Assembly: GCA_044221545.1 (NCBI GenBank)
Contig: JBGAOZ010000019.1
Location: forward strand, 20,833-84,832
Length of the DNA: 64,000 nucleotides
Source: Phycisphaerales bacterium
Lineage (GTDB): Bacteria; Planctomycetota; Phycisphaerae; Phycisphaerales; UBA1924
Reading direction: 5' to 3'
Notes under the pieces: generated by a model
Database searches by the model: none
The model's input: the letters and a program-made list of their open reading frames with translations, nothing else
What the model was told of the DNA's origin: nothing
In this document: positions 63,601-64,000 of the stretch, piece by piece
Layout of the letters: the number at the start of each line of letters is the position of its first letter
Position numbering within the stretch: position 1 is the first letter of the stretch
Made by a program: the position numbers and the translations under genes

Positions 63601-64000
63601 ATGAGCGTCCAAGCCGCCTTCGAGCCGTGGCAGGTCTCCGCGACCAGGTATCCGGGGAACGATGCCGGTCACGAGGAGCAGCTGCGTTTCATGCTGTCGT
63701 ACGCGATCCTGGCGCCCTCGAGCAACAACACGCAGCCGTGGCTGTTCCGCTTCCACGGTGCGCGGGTGGGGGTGTATCTGGATCGCTCGCGGGCGCTGCC
63801 GGTCGCGGACCACCCGGACCGTGAGCTGACCATCTCGTGCGGCGCGGCGATCTTCAACCTGTGCTGCACGATCAAGCATTTCGGGTTCAAGGCGGTGGGG
63901 GAGCTGCTCCCGGACCCGGCGCGGCCGGACCTGCTGGCGCTCATGGGCCTGGGGGAGCGCACGAACCCGGACCACGAGTGCAACTCTCTGTTCACGCAGA
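63601..64000 (+). CDS. Nitroreductase-family protein (Acg-like), N-terminal part; continues beyond window end
   Basis: Not in the ORF track (no stop in window). GGGAG RBS and ATG 63601. My own translation: MSVQAAFEPWQVSATRYPGNDAGHEEQLRFMLSYAILAPSSNNTQPWLFRF..., with the S-x-x-N-x-Q-P-W motif. Confidence 0.65.
   Translation, partial: MSVQAAFEPWQVSATRYPGNDAGHEEQLRFMLSYAILAPSSNNTQPWLFRFHGARVGVYLDRSRALPVADHPDRELTISCGAAIFNLCCTIKHFGFKAVGELLPDPARPDLLALMGLGERTNPDHECNSLFTQ

Overview
High-GC (about 70% by hand counts) bacterial chromosomal window, densely coded on both strands. The gene content suggests Planctomycetota, possibly Phycisphaerae-like; this is inference from content, not a database hit. 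Supporting content: a DUF1559-type prepilin protein, many secreted repeat proteins with special C-terminal tags, an mrdA-rodA pair, and housekeeping genes scattered rather than in classical operons. I support about 55 CDS. Recognisable genes are rpsP, rpmB, dnaK, uvrC, gltA, trpD, hldE, pepA, rsmG, folE2, hbd, tatD, a Ser/Thr kinase, a rhomboid protease, an LpxL-like acyltransferase and a GT4 glycosyltransferase. There are also five hairpin terminators, three gene remnants and two repeat families. I found no rRNA, tRNA or CRISPR array by eye. Two edge genes are missing from the ORF track because they have no in-window stop: a TolC-like gene at 1..755(-) and a nitroreductase at 63601..64000(+). 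Many long listed ORFs are antisense GC shadows. The only clearly accessory segment is 58.7-61.3 kb. It holds an orphan gene stub and a sharply AT-richer islet (59.25-60.39 kb). The islet carries two translationally coupled small ORFs: a glycine-zipper protein and a DUF3592-like 2-TM protein. It is followed by a truncated HTH transposase gene, two 138-bp REP-like direct repeats and a RAYT remnant. That islet is my best candidate for an undescribed toxin/immunity-like module. Other recurring signals: an exactly 54-residue Cys-bracketed twin DxDGSGFVD C-terminal module on three unrelated secreted proteins; P-x-P-G variants of the PEP-CTERM tail on three others; and a 73-nt conserved intergenic element present in two divergent promoter regions. 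All functional calls come from motif recognition in the translations. No searches were run.
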